DNA of 38,554 nt. It comes from a virus. Below the pieces are notes generated by a model. That model worked only from the letters and a program-made list of their open reading frames with translations, was not told where the DNA came from and did no database searches. This document shows positions 36,932-38,554 of this stretch, one piece after another. The first letter of the stretch is position 1; each line of letters begins with the position of its first letter. Where the stretch lies: the UHGV virus genome UHGV-0304649. One strand, written 5' to 3'. A program made the translations under genes and the position numbers.

Positions 36932-37834
36932 TTATTCACCCGGGGCTGCAGTTGCAAGGTTTAAGATTGCCCCTGAATTTGAAGCGTTGTATTCAATCGT
37001 GTATTCACCAACTAAACCAATACGTTTTGAATCAGTTGTTTTAGCTAATTCCTCTGCGCGCCATTCACGTAACGGACGTAGCTCCACATAGTTTGTATCT
37101 AACGCAATCATTGTTCCACTTGGCAGTGACGGCTCAATTAAAGCTGTACCTGATCCATAATTTGAAACAATTTTCCCTAGTTGCAATCCAAAAGCTACTT
37201 GATCTCCAAAGTTAAACACTTTAGTGCCCGCTTTATCAACTTCATCGGTCATTAAATCAACCATATCAGTCGAAACCAGACATAGTTTTTCGCCTGCATA
37301 ACCTTTGTCAAACATAGTTTTAAACATTTTATCCACATCTTTACGTGTTACTGCATCAGCTGCAGACGTTTTAACTAAGTTATCAGAGTTGATTAAGTTA
37401 ATTACACCAGCCATTTGTCGTCCTTTAGTACCATTTTCATTAGCTTTTACACCAATTAATAGCTTTTTGTTCAAATCTAACTTCATTTCTAATGCACGTT
37501 GAGAGACTTGATTAGCTAATTCACTACCTACGCCATTTACATTGATAGCATCTAATGTACCTGAAACAGAAGTAGATTTACGGAAAATTTCAGTGTAGTT
37601 ATTGAACCATTTACGCCCTGAATCTGCATCTTTGTATTCTCCGCCTTCTAATTGTGCAGATGAATCTTCTCCATCAAGTTCTGATTCACGCCATTTGATC
37701 TCCGTAGAAGTTGCTGGGCTAGTTTTACCAGCTCCTAATAACCAGCTTAGAAACGGTGTTGACGGACGTTGTAATGCATTTACCTCTTGTGAAATATCTA
37801 AGTATTCTAGATTATTTACTGTAGTTTTTTTCAT
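36932..37834 (-). CDS. major capsid protein
   Basis: 300 aa following the scaffold gene. Confidence 0.7.
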   Translation of the reverse strand: MKKTTVNNLEYLDISQEVNALQRPSTPFLSWLLGAGKTSPATSTEIKWRESELDGEDSSAQLEGGEYKDADSGRKWFNNYTEIFRKSTSVSGTLDAINVNGVGSELANQVSQRALEMKLDLNKKLLIGVKANENGTKGRQMAGVINLINSDNLVKTSAADAVTRKDVDKMFKTMFDKGYAGEKLCLVSTDMVDLMTDEVDKAGTKVFNFGDQVAFGLQLGKIVSNYGSGTALIEPSLPSGTMIALDTNYVELRPLREWRAEELAKTTDSKRIGLVGEYTIEYNASNSGAILNLATAAPGE

Positions 37835-37847
37835 TTATAAATTCCTC

Positions 37848-38474
37848 CTAATTAAATGCTTGTAATTTTTGCCCTAATGCTTCTTTAGGATTTTCAATCG
37901 GCTGAGTTGACTGATTCACATCAGTCGCATTAGTTTGTTGCTTATTACCGAATGCTTTTGTCATTTCCATGTTTTTAATTGCTTCAGCATGCTTTTCATT
38001 GATGGTGCTTAAAACACCTGTGAATGACTCTACAGCCTTTTGTGTGAACTCTGTATCTGAACTAACTAAAGTGTTCAACATGAACTGGGAAACTGAATCT
38101 TTTAATTCTTTGTCAAGCTCTAACCCCGCGATTTGTTCAGCAACAAAAGCTTTATTTTCGTTCGAACGGCTCTTAGCTTTCTCTGCTTCAAACTCTGCTT
38201 TTAATTTCTCAAGTTCTAGCTGTTCTGGTGTTTTGTTCTTTTTAGCTTCTTCATATTGCTTCACAGCTTCCTGTTTTAGCTTATCAAGGTTATTCTGTTT
38301 CCACGATTCTAACTGTTTATCTGCAGCACTTTGTGATTGAGATTGAATGAATTTCTGTGCATCTTCATTCGATTCGACAAATGCTTTAAAATCATCAATA
38401 GTGAACTCTGGTTCATTTCCCCCACCATCAGCAAACATCTGCAAATTCATTGGTAATAATTTTTTTGTTTTCAT
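37848..38474 (-). CDS. scaffolding protein
   Basis: 208 aa coiled-coil-rich (LELEKLKAEFEAEKAK), precedes capsid; RBS AGGAG. Confidence 0.7.
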   Translation of the reverse strand: MKTKKLLPMNLQMFADGGGNEPEFTIDDFKAFVESNEDAQKFIQSQSQSAADKQLESWKQNNLDKLKQEAVKQYEEAKKNKTPEQLELEKLKAEFEAEKAKSRSNENKAFVAEQIAGLELDKELKDSVSQFMLNTLVSSDTEFTQKAVESFTGVLSTINEKHAEAIKNMEMTKAFGNKQQTNATDVNQSTQPIENPKEALGQKLQAFN

Positions 38475-38488
38475 TTTGTTTCTCCTTT

Positions 38489-38549
38489 CGCCCCACGATT
38501 CGTTTGCACGCCCCGCATTGCTTTAGATTATTTATTGCGCCCCGCCATT
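38489..38549. repeat. GC-rich direct repeats CGCCCC(A/G)C(G/C)ATT x3 (38489-38500, 38509-38520, 38538-38549); a fourth degenerate copy at 3-13 across the window junction
   Basis: Read directly. They are conspicuous in AT-rich DNA, spaced 20-29 bp apart, and lie just upstream of the scaffold gene RBS in minus orientation. Confidence 0.55.
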
Positions 38550-38554
38550 CAATC

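Larger units (their letters stand above)
1..38554. mobile_element. Complete temperate siphovirus-like phage or prophage genome, circularly permuted in this window (lysogeny, replication, packaging, head, tail and lysis modules all present)
   Basis: Uninterrupted phage gene content. The minus-strand order MuF -> small ORFs -> window edge -> scaffold -> capsid is continuous only if position 38554 joins position 1. The same GC-rich repeat motif occurs at both window edges. Confidence 0.75.

Noticed and set aside
1-38554. Alternative reading as two tandem prophages flanking a host tRNA
   Set aside because: Both window edges fall in the same intergenic repeat cluster and gene order is continuous across the join. 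No host genes are present, so one circularly permuted genome is the simpler explanation.
1-38554. CRISPR array, rRNA, or transposase/IS elements
   Set aside because: No spaced identical repeats of CRISPR type, no rRNA-like stretches, and no transposase-like ORFs were seen.

Overview
Every gene in the window is phage-type. It reads as one complete ~38.5 kb temperate siphovirus-like genome (low-GC Firmicutes, probably Enterococcus/Lactobacillales) whose coordinates are circularly permuted.

Layout:
- The minus strand carries, from high to low coordinate: scaffold, major capsid, head-tail connectors, major tail protein (Ig-like C-terminus), the gpG/gpGT tail chaperones (programmed -1 frameshift), tape measure, Dit, a multidomain tail lysin ending in CHAP, BppU-like and collagen-like fibre genes, XkdW/XkdX-like proteins, XhlA-like protein plus holin, and a signal-peptide amidase endolysin.
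- Further down the minus strand at 18091..138 come cro, an MerR/excisionase-like HTH protein, Rha antirepressor, Gp157-Sak4-SSB recombination module, replisome organizer, MazG, about ten small accessory ORFs, ArpU late regulator, a tRNA, TerS, TerL, portal, and a MuF-like head protein with a C-terminal HExxH domain. The gene order then continues across the window edge into the scaffold gene.
- The plus strand at 18333..21592 carries an XRE repressor, an ImmA metalloprotease, two lipoproteins and a tyrosine integrase. A tRNA with a CAU anticodon sits on the minus strand just past the integrase.
- No host housekeeping genes and no CRISPR array are present.

Most worth a second look:
- Two self-contained moron cassettes: 5927..6787, with its own promoter and flanking terminators, and 22018..22551, behind a structured U-tailed leader.
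- Lipoproteins positioned like superinfection-exclusion genes.
- A ~600 bp hairpin-dense noncoding block between the tRNA and ArpU.
- Three plus-strand promoter-to-terminator mini-transcripts embedded in minus-strand operons.
- A small divergent Zn-ribbon gene.
- GC-rich direct repeats at the permutation junction upstream of the scaffold gene.

All family names are recalled motifs, not searches.
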